Shown here piece after piece: positions 38,440 through 48,627 of a DNA stretch of 64,000 nucleotides. The position numbers and the translations under genes were made by a program. Position 1 is the first letter of the stretch; the number at the start of each line of letters is the position of its first letter. Below the pieces are notes generated by a model, which ran no database searches, was not told where the DNA came from, and saw only the letters and a list, made by a program, of their open reading frames with translations. Origin of the DNA: Methanothrix sp. (GTDB lineage Archaea; Halobacteriota; Methanosarcinia; Methanotrichales; Methanotrichaceae); assembly GCA_040770465.1 (NCBI GenBank), contig JAXGJB010000001.1, forward strand, positions 1 to 64,000, written 5' to 3'.

Positions 38440-39374
38440 ACACCAGGATCAGAGACTTCTTTCAGACCGTCGACGGCTGGATATTTGCCGTCGTCGACTA
38501 CCACCACCCCCAGGGGATCAGATCGATGCTCCGCTACGTCCCCGACCCGAAAGGAGAGCGGGTGGCCGATGGCGTCCGATATCGAAAGCTCGACTTCGAG
38601 GCGGCCTACGATTTTCTCCGAAAAGAGAGGCCCGACTACGTCCAGGACGTCCACGTCGTCCCCGAGGAGGACGTTCTCCGGCTCTTCAAGCCCGAGAGGG
38701 AGCTTCCAAAGGTCGCGGATAAGGACGAGAGGGTAGCAAAGATCGTCTCGGCCCTGAAAGAAGGGGGGATTTCCCAGGAGAGCATGGGGATCACGGGCTC
38801 GATCCTGGTGGGGCTTGACGGGCCCGGCTCTGACATAGACTTTCTCGTCTACGGGAGAGACTGGTGGCGGGCAAGAGACGTCATAGCCTCGGCCAAAAAC
38901 GAAGGCGGCCCCATCCGCGAGCTGGACGAGGCCACATGGGATAAGATATACAAAAAGAGGGTCCCGGAGATCAGCCGCGACGAGTTCGTCCTCCACGAGA
39001 GGAGGAAAGGAAACCGGGGGCTTGTGGACGGGACCTACTTCGACCTCCTCTTCACCAGGGACTGGGACCAGATCAGGCCGCCTTTCCCTCCAGGAAAGAA
39101 GGCGGGACGACGAAAGATCGATGCCATCGTCCTCGACGCGGAGTTCGCCTTCGACAACCCCGCCGTCTTCGAGATCGACCACCCCGAGATCCCCGAGATC
39201 CTCTGCTACACTCACACCTACGCGGGCCAGGCCCTGCCGGGGGAGAGGATCGAGGCCTGCGGCGTCGTCGAGGAGACGGAGGAGGGGCCAAGGCTCGTGG
39301 TGGGAACATCGAGAGAGGCAAAGGGAGAGTGGATCCGATCTCTGACCCTTCTGGAGAGGGGCTCTCGAAAATAG
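38436..39374 (+). CDS. Predicted nucleotidyltransferase (archaeal, Pol-beta-like motif)
   Basis: GITGSILVG...SDIDFLVYG; LRYVPD; YTHTYAGQALPGE. Confidence 0.85.
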   Translation: MNTRIRDFFQTVDGWIFAVVDYHHPQGIRSMLRYVPDPKGERVADGVRYRKLDFEAAYDFLRKERPDYVQDVHVVPEEDVLRLFKPERELPKVADKDERVAKIVSALKEGGISQESMGITGSILVGLDGPGSDIDFLVYGRDWWRARDVIASAKNEGGPIRELDEATWDKIYKKRVPEISRDEFVLHERRKGNRGLVDGTYFDLLFTRDWDQIRPPFPPGKKAGRRKIDAIVLDAEFAFDNPAVFEIDHPEIPEILCYTHTYAGQALPGERIEACGVVEETEEGPRLVVGTSREAKGEWIRSLTLLERGSRK

Positions 39375-40132
39375 TCGAAGGGCTGAAGCGGGCCTGGAGG
39401 ATCGAGGCCGACGTGGCGGTCGAGATCTCAGAAGAGCCCTTCGTCCTCGGAAGGACGGTCCACCAAGGTGACGGCTACATAATATACCTCTCAGAGCCCG
39501 AGCCCTACCCCCTCCTCCACGAGTTCTACCACGTCCTCTTCGAGGAGAAGGTGATGAAGCGGCACATCGGCTCGGCTTGCGAGTTCTGCTCGAAGATCAC
39601 CCTTGAGATGATGAACGTCCTCGTCGATCTCTCGATAGAGAGGATAATCCTCAAAACCGGACCCGAGATCTTTCCAGCCTACTTCGCGACGATCCGAGAT
39701 AACCTGGACAGAATCGGAAGGTGCGGCGTCCTCCCCTTCGACCCCGCTAGGACCACAGCCTACAACCTCTACATCGAGACGGCGATAAGAGAGCTCTACC
39801 CGGATCTGAGGGAGGGCTACGACTTCTGGGAGAGGATCGAACTATCCGACGAGATGAGACGAGGCGTCGAATCGACCCTGAAGATCGCGGGCGAGTTCGT
39901 GCGGGAGAAGCCCTCGACGTGGCGGGATATCTCCAGCACCGCTGTGGACCTATCCTGGCCGATCTTCGGGGCGGACGTCATGGTCATCGAGTCGAGAGAG
40001 GAGTTTCGGATAGTCTGCAGCACCGACCACATCGAGGCGAAAAGAAAGGTCTCGGAGATGATAGACCGGCTCAAGGACCTATCCCGGGACTGGAGCAGAA
40101 AGGGCGACACCGCAGGATCGAGAAAGAGATAA
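39329..40132 (+). CDS. Hypothetical protein with HExxH motif (possible zinc metallopeptidase)
   Basis: LLHEFYHVL followed by a NVLVD helix; host-like codon usage; start uncertain. Confidence 0.6.
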   Translation: MDPISDPSGEGLSKIVEGLKRAWRIEADVAVEISEEPFVLGRTVHQGDGYIIYLSEPEPYPLLHEFYHVLFEEKVMKRHIGSACEFCSKITLEMMNVLVDLSIERIILKTGPEIFPAYFATIRDNLDRIGRCGVLPFDPARTTAYNLYIETAIRELYPDLREGYDFWERIELSDEMRRGVESTLKIAGEFVREKPSTWRDISSTAVDLSWPIFGADVMVIESREEFRIVCSTDHIEAKRKVSEMIDRLKDLSRDWSRKGDTAGSRKR

Positions 40133-40229
40133 CCCGCGCAGGACGGAGAATTAGTTAAGGCCTGAGATCAGATATACGAACGTTCGATGGCCGCAGGGCA
40201 TCTTATCAAAAAGCTAAAAGAGGTTCGAC

Positions 40230-41765
40230 ATGTTATTCGAGGTCAATCCCTTCGACATAGAGATCGGGCAGTACAAGGTGATGCTGAACCTGGCCGACGC
40301 AAGAGAGCTGGGCATGAACGCCGGGGATCGGGTGCGGGTGAAGGCGAAAGGGGCCTCGTTCACCGCGATCCTGGACGTCACCACCCAGATGGTGGAGCCC
40401 GGAAAGGTCGGGATCTTCACCGAGGCCCACCAGAAGGTGGGGGAGGCGAAGGAGGTGGACGTCGCCCCGGCGGCAAAACCCCTATCTATCAGCTACATCA
40501 AGAGGATCATGGACGAGGAGAAGCTCACCGAGGACCAGATCAGGACCATCGTCCAGGACATCGTCGACAACAATCTGAGCGACGTCGAGATCTCCGCCTA
40601 CCTCACCACCCTCTACATAAGAAACTTCGACTCTCAGGAGACGGAGTGGCTGACGAGGGCTATGATCGACACCGGCGAGCGGATCCACTTCGACACCCAC
40701 CCCGTGGTGGACAAGCATTCCATCGGAGGAGTTCCCGGAAACAAGGTATCCCTTCTGGTGGTGCCGATCGTGGCGGCGGCGGGGCTTCTCATCCCCAAGA
40801 CCAGCTCAAGGGCCATCACAGGCGCCGGGGGGACCTCCGACCTGATGGAGATTCTCGCCCCCGTAGAGTTCTCCGCCAGCGAGATAAAGGAGATCGCGGA
40901 GAGCGTGGGCGGGATCCTCGCCTGGGGCGGCGCGACGAACATCGCGCCAGCCGACGACAAGCTGATCAGGGCGGAGTACGCCCTCACCATCGACCCCTAC
41001 AGCCAGATGCTGGCATCGATCATGGCCAAGAAGGGGGCGGTCGGCGCAGACTCGGTGGTGATGGACATGCCCGTGGGCCCCGGAACGAAGCTCGCGACGG
41101 TCGACGACGGCAGGTCCATGGCCAAAGACCTCATCGACCTCGGCGACCGGCTCGGGATCAGGGTCGAGTGCGCCATGACCTTCGGCGGCTCGCCGGTGGG
41201 AAGGACGGTGGGGCCTGCCCTGGAGGTGAAGGAGGCCCTCACAATGCTTGAGAGCGGCCAGGGTCCCAACAGCCTCAGGGAGAAGAGCCTCTCTCTCGCC
41301 GGGGTCCTGCTGGAGATCGGATGCACCGCCGGGATGGGTTGCGTCGCCGCCCGGGGGGAGGGGAAGGCGATGGCCGAACGGATCCTCACCAGCGGCAAGG
41401 CCCACCAGAAGATGATGGAGATCATCGAGGCTCAGGGAGGCGACCCCACCGTCAAGAGCGAAGATATCGAGATCGGAGAGTATGTCCAGGATATCCTCGC
41501 CCCGACGACCGGCTACGTCATCTCCTTCGACAACAAGAGGATCGTCGAGATCGCGAGGAGCGCCGGGGCTCCCGCCGACAAGAAGGCCGGGGTCCGGATC
41601 CACAAGAAGATGGGTGAGGTCGTCAAGAAGGGCGAACCGCTCTTCACCATATACTCGAGCAAAGACTGGGAGGTCCAGAGGGCCGCCAACGACGCCCTGC
41701 GGGACATGCCCATCGTCGTCGAGGGGATGCTCCTGGAGAGGTATCCGAGGTACTCCCAGATCTAG
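40230..41765 (+). CDS. AMP phosphorylase (thymidine phosphorylase family)
   Basis: N-terminal double-psi barrel, VDKHSIGGVPGNK, PKTSSRAIT, MLASIMAKK, AGAPADK. Confidence 0.93.
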   Translation: MLFEVNPFDIEIGQYKVMLNLADARELGMNAGDRVRVKAKGASFTAILDVTTQMVEPGKVGIFTEAHQKVGEAKEVDVAPAAKPLSISYIKRIMDEEKLTEDQIRTIVQDIVDNNLSDVEISAYLTTLYIRNFDSQETEWLTRAMIDTGERIHFDTHPVVDKHSIGGVPGNKVSLLVVPIVAAAGLLIPKTSSRAITGAGGTSDLMEILAPVEFSASEIKEIAESVGGILAWGGATNIAPADDKLIRAEYALTIDPYSQMLASIMAKKGAVGADSVVMDMPVGPGTKLATVDDGRSMAKDLIDLGDRLGIRVECAMTFGGSPVGRTVGPALEVKEALTMLESGQGPNSLREKSLSLAGVLLEIGCTAGMGCVAARGEGKAMAERILTSGKAHQKMMEIIEAQGGDPTVKSEDIEIGEYVQDILAPTTGYVISFDNKRIVEIARSAGAPADKKAGVRIHKKMGEVVKKGEPLFTIYSSKDWEVQRAANDALRDMPIVVEGMLLERYPRYSQI

Positions 41766-41786
41766 ATCCGAGGTACTCCCAGATCT
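41743..41786. repeat. Direct repeat ATCCGAGGTACTCCCAGATCT x2 (21 bp, 23-bp period) across the stop codon
   Basis: Copies at 41743-41763 and 41766-41786; partial third copy CTCCCAGATC near 41800. Confidence 0.9.
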
Positions 41787-41859
41787 GGACCCATGATGCT
41801 CCCAGATCCGGAGTGTCGGTCGGAACGTTTTATAAGGTCGGTCTGGAGACGTAGGGGCC

Positions 41860-42708
41860 ATGTTGGTTGCCGTCATCTATCACCAGGATTTCGGGTCGAA
41901 GGGGCACAGCGTCCTCAAGCACCGGATCAAGCCCTCCTTTGAGGCGCTGGAGAGGTCAGGCCTCCTCGAAGGCGAAGAGGTTCAGGTCTTCAAACCCGAA
42001 CCTGCGCCCCTCGCCCTCGTCGAGAGGGCCCATACCCCAGAGCACATGGAGAGCATGAGGACCGAGTCTTACAACAAGATGTACTACGACGTCGCCCTCC
42101 TCTCGGCTGGAAGCGTCCTAAAAGCCTCCGAGATGGTGGCGAAGGGCGAGGCCGAGAACGCCTTCGCCTACACCGGCACCGCGGGCCACCACGCAAGCCC
42201 CGGAAGCTGCTGGGGGTTCTGCTACTTCAACGACGTCGCAATATCGATCTTGAGGCTGAGAGAGATGGGCCTAGCGAGGTTTCTGATCGTCGACGTCGAT
42301 CCCCACTTCGGCGACGGGACGAGAAACTTCTTCGGAGGCGACCCCGACGTCTACCACATAAACTTCAACCACCAGCAGAGCTCCAACTTCGACGGGAAGC
42401 TGAACAACTACGACATCGGTATCGGCTTCGACGCCGAAGACGAACAGTTCCTGAAAGAGCTTGAGAGCGCCATGGAGATGGCAAAAGACTTCGACTTTCA
42501 GATCTGTTTTGTGGTATTCGGCCACGACTCTCACGCCGACGACTACGGCGGCTTTGAGCTCACCTCGGCCGTCTATCCCAGGATGGCGAGGATCATAAAG
42601 GAGGCCGCGGGCGACAGGGGTATCGTCTTCGTCCTCAGCGGAGGGTCGGTCCCCGAGGTGGCGTCGAAGGCCATCCCCGAGGTGATAGCGGTCCTGGCGG
42701 GGAGGTGA
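41860..42708 (+). CDS. Histone deacetylase family (Zn-dependent deacetylase)
   Basis: AGHHA, GFCYFND, VDVDPHFGDGT, GHDSHADD, LSGG. Confidence 0.9.
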   Translation: MLVAVIYHQDFGSKGHSVLKHRIKPSFEALERSGLLEGEEVQVFKPEPAPLALVERAHTPEHMESMRTESYNKMYYDVALLSAGSVLKASEMVAKGEAENAFAYTGTAGHHASPGSCWGFCYFNDVAISILRLREMGLARFLIVDVDPHFGDGTRNFFGGDPDVYHINFNHQQSSNFDGKLNNYDIGIGFDAEDEQFLKELESAMEMAKDFDFQICFVVFGHDSHADDYGGFELTSAVYPRMARIIKEAAGDRGIVFVLSGGSVPEVASKAIPEVIAVLAGR

Positions 42709-42712
42709 CGCC

Positions 42713-43570
42713 GTGAAGATGGCCTCCAACTGCTACAGCTGCATCCTCGACCGGGCCAAGTTCGAGTGCGACCTGCTATTCTCCGACGATGTCGAGAAGA
42801 TAGAGGCGATGGAGGAGCTCCTCGACTTCATGGTCTCTCACAAAAGAGAGGTCCCCTCGGTGGTGGGGACCGAGAGGGAGAGGATCATGAAGAGGAGGAG
42901 CAAAAACCCCGATCCATACCGGGAGATGAAGGCCGAGAGCAACCTCGTTGCCTCAAAGCTTCTGCCTCTTACAGAACGGTTTTATCGGGAGTCCGAGGAC
43001 AAGCTTGAGGCCCTGATCAGGATCGCCGCCGCAGCAAACTCCATGGAGTGGGGGGTCAAAGGCCACGACTTCGACAACAACTCTTTTGAGGGGGTCTTCC
43101 TCGACACCCTGAACGAGAACCTCGACGGCGACCTGGAAGAGGCCCGCCGTCGTATAGACCGGTTCGAGACGATCCTTTACCTCACCGACAACGCCGGGGA
43201 GGTGGTCTTCGACCTCTTCGTCATCGATAAGCTGGAAGAGATGAATAAGTCCGTCGTCATCGGTCCAAAGACCGCGCCCATATTAAACGACGTCACCGCC
43301 GCTGAGCTTCGGCCGATGACCGACCTTGCCATCGAGCCGACGGGTCCGGTCATCGGCCTATCCCTGGAGAACGTGCGCCCCGAGCTACTCGACATTCTCA
43401 AAGACGAGAGCGTCCTCGTCATCGCCAAGGGGATGGGCAACTTCGAGACGATGACCGAGTTCGACGATATGCTGAAGGGAAGGCTCATCTACGTCATGAG
43501 GGCCAAGTGCGAGCCCGTCTCCATGAGGGTGGGGGCGCCCCGGGGAAGCCTGGTGGTGAGGGCGGTCTAG
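42713..43570 (+). CDS. Damage-control phosphatase (DUF89/ARMT1 family)
   Basis: CYSC, DPY...K..SN, AANSME, TDNAGE, ILNDVT, AKGMGNFE, RAKC. Confidence 0.9.
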   Translation: MKMASNCYSCILDRAKFECDLLFSDDVEKIEAMEELLDFMVSHKREVPSVVGTERERIMKRRSKNPDPYREMKAESNLVASKLLPLTERFYRESEDKLEALIRIAAAANSMEWGVKGHDFDNNSFEGVFLDTLNENLDGDLEEARRRIDRFETILYLTDNAGEVVFDLFVIDKLEEMNKSVVIGPKTAPILNDVTAAELRPMTDLAIEPTGPVIGLSLENVRPELLDILKDESVLVIAKGMGNFETMTEFDDMLKGRLIYVMRAKCEPVSMRVGAPRGSLVVRAV

Positions 43571-43625
43571 CCTTTCATGGAGGGCTATTAGGACTATTGA
43601 AGTTCATCCTGGCCCGAGGGCCGTC

Positions 43626-44315
43626 TCATCCGTAGCCGGCGTTGCGGTCCTCCTCACGCGGACGGCCCCTCTTGGGCGGAGCTTCCTCCTCCCGCTTCCT
43701 CCAGCCAAGGATCTCCGTGGGCACGTTCAGCTCCAGAAGATCGCTTGCGGCCTCGATCAGATGCTCGGCGGCCGCGAGGTCCACTCCCTTCTTCCCGTCG
43801 GTCTTCCCCATGAGACAGACGCCCCTAATCCCATAGAAGGGGCAGAGGCCGACGAGGATCCCGTTGAGCCCGCCCACGATCCCGTTCCGGAGAAGGGCGA
43901 TGCCGCCCTCTTCAAGGGCAATAGCCAGCTCGGAGTCCGTGGCCACGCCGAAGATCCTCTCCTCGGAGCTTCCTACGTAGGCTGCAAGGGTGACCAGGTC
44001 GGTCACATCGTAAGACCGCAAGGCCTTCAGGATCTCTCCGGCCAGGTTGTACATGAAGGGCGGCTTCAGGGGTTGGGCGTCCCCGCAGAGGATTATGAGG
44101 TCGTCTCTTCCCTCCGGGGCTTTCAGCTCCACCTGGAGGGCCCTTGCGATCCCTCCTTCGACGGACACTTCGGGCGGAAACCCGGTGGAGACCATAAGCT
44201 GGAAGGTCGCGCACTCCAGGGCCGCGGCTATGTAGTCGGCGGCCACCTTCCCGACGCTTCCGATGCCGGGCATCCCGCCGATGCAGACGCAGTCGCCGAA
44301 GATTTTTTTGGACAT
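43626..44315 (-). CDS. Proteasome assembly chaperone (PAC2) family protein
   Basis: GMPGIGSVGK, FPP, GDAQP, GIVGGLNG, CLMGKT. Confidence 0.85.
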   Translation of the reverse strand: MSKKIFGDCVCIGGMPGIGSVGKVAADYIAAALECATFQLMVSTGFPPEVSVEGGIARALQVELKAPEGRDDLIILCGDAQPLKPPFMYNLAGEILKALRSYDVTDLVTLAAYVGSSEERIFGVATDSELAIALEEGGIALLRNGIVGGLNGILVGLCPFYGIRGVCLMGKTDGKKGVDLAAAEHLIEAASDLLELNVPTEILGWRKREEEAPPKRGRPREEDRNAGYG

Positions 44316-44334
44316 GGTAGTATGGGAGGCGTCT

Positions 44335-44928
44335 TCAGTGGCCGACCGCCCTTATGATCCAGTTCACGGGCACAAGCTCCTCAGAACCGTTGATCTCGAT
44401 CTCCGCGGAGAAGAGCTCACCAGTCCGCATATCATAGAAGTACGAGTTGTTCTCAACCTCGTTTGGGTCCACTCCTACCCAAACGGCTCCCCGATCGTAG
44501 AAGCATACATAGAAATCGCCATTTATGGGTATGGAGGGAACTTCAATTACGCCGACCATCGGCTGTCCCTGATTGGCGAAATATGGGAGGTAATAATCTG
44601 CGAACCTGTAGAGGAGTTTCAGGCTCTCGTCCCTGATCTCCATTGATATGATCCGCTCTTCAGGTAGCGTATCGTTCGAATCATAAGGGACAAGGCTCAG
44701 GATGTGAACGGCATCGAGGGTCCAGCTCGGCCTCGAAGGCGTGAACTTCACCGCTTCTGCAACATTCAGAAATCCCGGGCTACGATAGGTGGCAACGTTG
44801 ACTACGGTTTCATTCCCGCTGTCCTGGATCAACAACTCCTGACCGATCTCTTGGGCAGCAGATGAGCCGACCATTAAGATGATAGCCAGACAATATAGAC
44901 CCGCCAAAAGCGAGATCGTCTTCTTCAA
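44335..44928 (-). CDS. Secreted hypothetical protein
   Basis: TTG 44928 after a GGTGA SD gives signal peptide (M)KKTISLLAGLYCLAIILMVGSSAA; ends NWIIRAVG. Confidence 0.7.
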   Translation of the reverse strand: MKKTISLLAGLYCLAIILMVGSSAAQEIGQELLIQDSGNETVVNVATYRSPGFLNVAEAVKFTPSRPSWTLDAVHILSLVPYDSNDTLPEERIISMEIRDESLKLLYRFADYYLPYFANQGQPMVGVIEVPSIPINGDFYVCFYDRGAVWVGVDPNEVENNSYFYDMRTGELFSAEIEINGSEELVPVNWIIRAVGH

Positions 44929-45018
44929 AGGATCACCATGCCCATTTGGACCGTCGAATATATAGATGATGGCAGCTAAAGAGCCCATTATATTTCTCAT
45001 GAAAAATGTAATAATTGA

Positions 45019-45056
45019 GGGGGTGAAGACCGCACTGTGGTGGGTCTTCCACCCCC
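45019..45056. terminator. Inverted repeat downstream of the FG-GAP gene
   Basis: GGGGTGAAGACC ... GGTCTTCCACCCC imperfect hairpin just past the 45072 stop. Confidence 0.4.
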
Positions 45057-45071
45057 TTCCCTCTCTCTCCT

Positions 45072-46871
45072 TTAAAGCGGCACCGTCCCGGTGTGGCAGA
45101 GGTTCTGCCTGATCATGGGCCACTCGAGATCTCCGAAGGCGTCGGAGATCTCCCAGATGTAGATCCGGGCGTCGTCGGATCCTGCCACCATCTCCAGGGT
45201 GCCGTCACCGTCGAGGTCTCCGAAGGCCGGCGTGGTATCGACGTTCCCGAGGGTCGCCTTGGGGAAATCCGGAACCTCGGTCCCGTCCAGCTTCCAGGCG
45301 TGAACCCTGTTGTCCCTGGATGCTCCCATTATCTCCTGCTGACCGTCGCCGTCGATGTCGCCGAGGGCGACGTGCTTGACGTATCCACCCGTCTGGATGG
45401 GAAAGCCCGGATAATCGGAGCCGTCGCTCTTCCAGAGGTAGAGCCTGCCATCGGTGGCGCCTGCCGCCATCTCGACGGTTCCGTCACCGTCCACGTCTCC
45501 TGCGGCCATGAGGCTGTCCTGGAGCGAGCCGCTCGTCTTTCGCGGAAACTGCCTTTTATCTTCCCCTTCCTGGGTCAGGGCGTAGAGGCCGTCCGCCGCT
45601 CCGATGATGATCTCGAGGCTGCCGTCACCATCGAGGTCTGCCAGAATCGGAGAGGAGTATCCTACGGCGCTCCCCGTAAAGTCGGTGAGGCTGGGGCTGT
45701 TAAGGTCGACGGGAAATTCCAGAAGGGGATATCCATCGCATTTCACGGCGTAAACCTGGCCGGTGTACGAGCCCATAAGGCTCACCAACATGCTTATGAT
45801 GTCCTCCCCTGTCTTCTTGGAGCCTACGACGATCTCGAGGCTGCCGTCGCCGTCGAGATCGGCGATGGCCGGTGACGACCAGACCGAGTTTGCGGTGATC
45901 ACCGGAAAGCCACAGACGGGCGATCCGTCGGCGTTGAAGGCGTATATCCCCCTGTCGTTCGACCCCACCACGACCTCGAGGCTGCCGTCGCCGTCGAGGT
46001 CGCCTGCTGCCGGCGAAGACGCGATGTCGTTGGAGGTCAGCTTGGGGAAGCCGGCGAGAGGCTCACCCTGACCGTTCCAGGCGTAGAGCTTGCCGTCGTC
46101 GGAGCCGACGACGATATCCAGGGAACCGTCACCGTCCAGGTCTGCAACGGCTGGCGAGGAGCGGATGTGGTCTTCCGCCGCCGTCGGGAACCCGGCCACC
46201 CTGGTGGCGTCCTCGTTGAAGACGTAGAGCATCCCCTCGTTCGTCCCCACGATGATCTCAAGCTCGCCGTCACCGTCGACGTCGGCAAGAGCCGGCGAGG
46301 ACCAGATCGGCTTTGCGGTCTGAATCCAGTCTCCGGTGACGGTTTCATCTATGGGAAGAACGACAAAAGAGTCAATGAAGCTGCTGAAGTAGAGGAGGTC
46401 GGCTCTCCTGTACTCCGACTGGTCTGCACTGCAGGATATGTGGTAGATCAGCTCGTCGCCCATCAAGAAGACGTCTTTTCTGATTTTGGAGCTATCATCG
46501 TCTTCAAGGAGGTACTCCCTCTCCAGGGACGAGGCGCCGTTTATCTCCCTGGATACGGTGCTCATCACCTCGAAATGATCGCAGGATTCTTCGTAGTCCG
46601 ATTCGGTCCTGGAGGCAAACCTCTCCAGCGATAGTCCTCTCTGCTCCGAGGCCCCGACTATGATCGTCATTATGCCGACGGCTGAGAACGTGGCCACCGG
46701 ATCTTCGACTCCAGTGGTGCTCGTTGGAACAACGTCGATATCCAGCTCTCTTGGGTACTCCACGGAGAAGCCGTACTCAAGGCTGTTGAACTCCTCTGTC
46801 TGGGCGCTTGCTGGTACGAGAACAAACGCCGAAAAGGCCAACACCAATGCTATATCTTTAAAATTCTTCAT
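45072..46871 (-). CDS. Secreted FG-GAP/VCBS-repeat beta-propeller protein with a PsbP-like N-terminal domain
   Basis: Signal peptide; about eight SSPA.ADLDGDG.LEIVVGS repeats; YGFSVEYP start of the N-terminal domain; W-P-M...N...TG tail. Confidence 0.88.
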   Translation of the reverse strand: MKNFKDIALVLAFSAFVLVPASAQTEEFNSLEYGFSVEYPRELDIDVVPTSTTGVEDPVATFSAVGIMTIIVGASEQRGLSLERFASRTESDYEESCDHFEVMSTVSREINGASSLEREYLLEDDDSSKIRKDVFLMGDELIYHISCSADQSEYRRADLLYFSSFIDSFVVLPIDETVTGDWIQTAKPIWSSPALADVDGDGELEIIVGTNEGMLYVFNEDATRVAGFPTAAEDHIRSSPAVADLDGDGSLDIVVGSDDGKLYAWNGQGEPLAGFPKLTSNDIASSPAAGDLDGDGSLEVVVGSNDRGIYAFNADGSPVCGFPVITANSVWSSPAIADLDGDGSLEIVVGSKKTGEDIISMLVSLMGSYTGQVYAVKCDGYPLLEFPVDLNSPSLTDFTGSAVGYSSPILADLDGDGSLEIIIGAADGLYALTQEGEDKRQFPRKTSGSLQDSLMAAGDVDGDGTVEMAAGATDGRLYLWKSDGSDYPGFPIQTGGYVKHVALGDIDGDGQQEIMGASRDNRVHAWKLDGTEVPDFPKATLGNVDTTPAFGDLDGDGTLEMVAGSDDARIYIWEISDAFGDLEWPMIRQNLCHTGTVPL

Positions 46872-48367
46872 AGACTCACTTCCAGGTTGCTGAGGTTCAC
46901 AAGACCGTAGCCGTATATGTCGTCGGGACCCAGTGGTCCCAGGTCTGTGGCGCTATCCATCAGGACCTTTTCGACGTCCAGATCCGGATCGTCCTTGAAC
47001 GCCTCCATGATCAGGGCGGCGCATCCCGCCACGTACGGTGCGGATGCCGAGGTTCCTGCAAAGCCGTTGGAAATGTAAGAGTATGTCGTGACGTTGTCTG
47101 GGGCCACCAGATCCGGTTTTTGTCGACCGTCCACAGTAGGACCCCTGGAGCTGTAGGGCTCGATCTCCATCGTCGAGATGTTGATCGCCCCCACCGTTAT
47201 CACGTTTCGGCAGCAGCCCATGACCCCTATGCTGGAGTTTTGAATCTGGTGCTCATCCAGGTCCTGAGTGGTGAAGAGGTGGAGACGAATCGGAGATTTC
47301 TGATCGCCGGCATCGTCGTATCTCCTTATCTTTATCTGATAGGTCCCATCCTCCGGAGCCACGAGGTATATCGTCTCCAGTGGCCTCTGGTCCCGGTAGC
47401 CTTTCTGGAGGTTGTTTGAGGTCGAGTGACCACGGACCGGATGGTCTAGGCGCAGATCGTAGTCCAGGGCAGCAGCATCCCAGTCATCGTCCCAGCTCAG
47501 CCAGATCCTGGCGATGTTCCCTTCCTCCAGGGTCAGATTTATGCTCTCATCTTCAGGCGAGAAGTTGTTAAAACCGTTCCCATCGGGGTCATTGAACTCT
47601 CCGGACCAGTGGCATCTCGCCTGATTTCCCGCGGAGTTGATCCATAAGGTCCCGTTGGCTGTCATCTTCGCGATCTCTTCGCATATGTCGTCCTCCCCGT
47701 CGAACCTGCCGAAGGGAAAGTCCGATGAGCAGGATACGATGTCGATATGCTCGTCCAGCTCCAGCAGCCTCTCTATCGCGTCGGTGACACCTTCTTCGTC
47801 ATCTCCCGCGTCCACCAGGTAGAGTTTGACCTCGGGGGCTATCTCGGAGATCAGCTCCGCACATGCGATCCCATGGACCTCATATTTGCGGTAGCTGTCA
47901 TTGTAGAAGGGGACTATATCGCGGGTGAGCTTCTCTGCGGTCTCGTTGTCGTAGTAGAACTGGCTGTCCAGGATGGCGATCGTCACCCCTTTCCCCGTTA
48001 TGTTCCTATCGTGAAGGGCGGATATCCCCGTGAGATCCATCATCAGGCTGACAGAATGATAGTCGAGCATCGCCTCCGCCTCTTCTTCGTCGCCAGATCC
48101 GTCCTCGTCCAACAATTCGCCTTCGTCAACAGGTCCAGCTTCGTCAACAGATTCTGACCCGTCGGGATCCAGGACTTCGAAGCTCGGGAGGAGGTAAGGC
48201 AAACTGCCGGAGACGATCTCCATACATCCTGACTGGTCGCTGATATCGGTGGTGATGGGGTCATCGAGCCTGATGGGCGAATCGTCATCGCAGATCACAG
48301 ATGTCGATAAGGCTGCGAGGATCGCCAGGGCCGAAATGCAGATGGCTATAAGCGATGTATCTCTCAT
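46868..48367 (-). CDS. Secreted S8 (subtilisin-like) serine peptidase
   Basis: Catalytic D (AILDS), H (HGIAC), oxyanion N (SAGN) and S (GTSASAP); YSSRGP, KPDLVAP, YGYG; signal peptide from ATG 48367. Confidence 0.9.
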   Translation of the reverse strand: MRDTSLIAICISALAILAALSTSVICDDDSPIRLDDPITTDISDQSGCMEIVSGSLPYLLPSFEVLDPDGSESVDEAGPVDEGELLDEDGSGDEEEAEAMLDYHSVSLMMDLTGISALHDRNITGKGVTIAILDSQFYYDNETAEKLTRDIVPFYNDSYRKYEVHGIACAELISEIAPEVKLYLVDAGDDEEGVTDAIERLLELDEHIDIVSCSSDFPFGRFDGEDDICEEIAKMTANGTLWINSAGNQARCHWSGEFNDPDGNGFNNFSPEDESINLTLEEGNIARIWLSWDDDWDAAALDYDLRLDHPVRGHSTSNNLQKGYRDQRPLETIYLVAPEDGTYQIKIRRYDDAGDQKSPIRLHLFTTQDLDEHQIQNSSIGVMGCCRNVITVGAINISTMEIEPYSSRGPTVDGRQKPDLVAPDNVTTYSYISNGFAGTSASAPYVAGCAALIMEAFKDDPDLDVEKVLMDSATDLGPLGPDDIYGYGLVNLSNLEVSL

Positions 48368-48627
48368 GGGAACCGTCACGTCCGTCTTAATTTCCAGCTG
48401 ATGATTGGCATGTATTCTATATAAGCATATCTCTGGGAAGCCGTGTATCAAACTTCATTCTTTTTAAAGGCAAACAAAGCATGCTCGGGTTTATTTGATT
48501 TGAGACCAAAAGAAGGTGGGTTTATTGTCAAGCCGGCGAGATTCTATATTTTTGAGGTTTCGCCCTGGGCAGATCTCGAAATATCTGACGCGAAAAGGGG
48601 ATCTACTCGTCTCTCCATCCACAGTCC

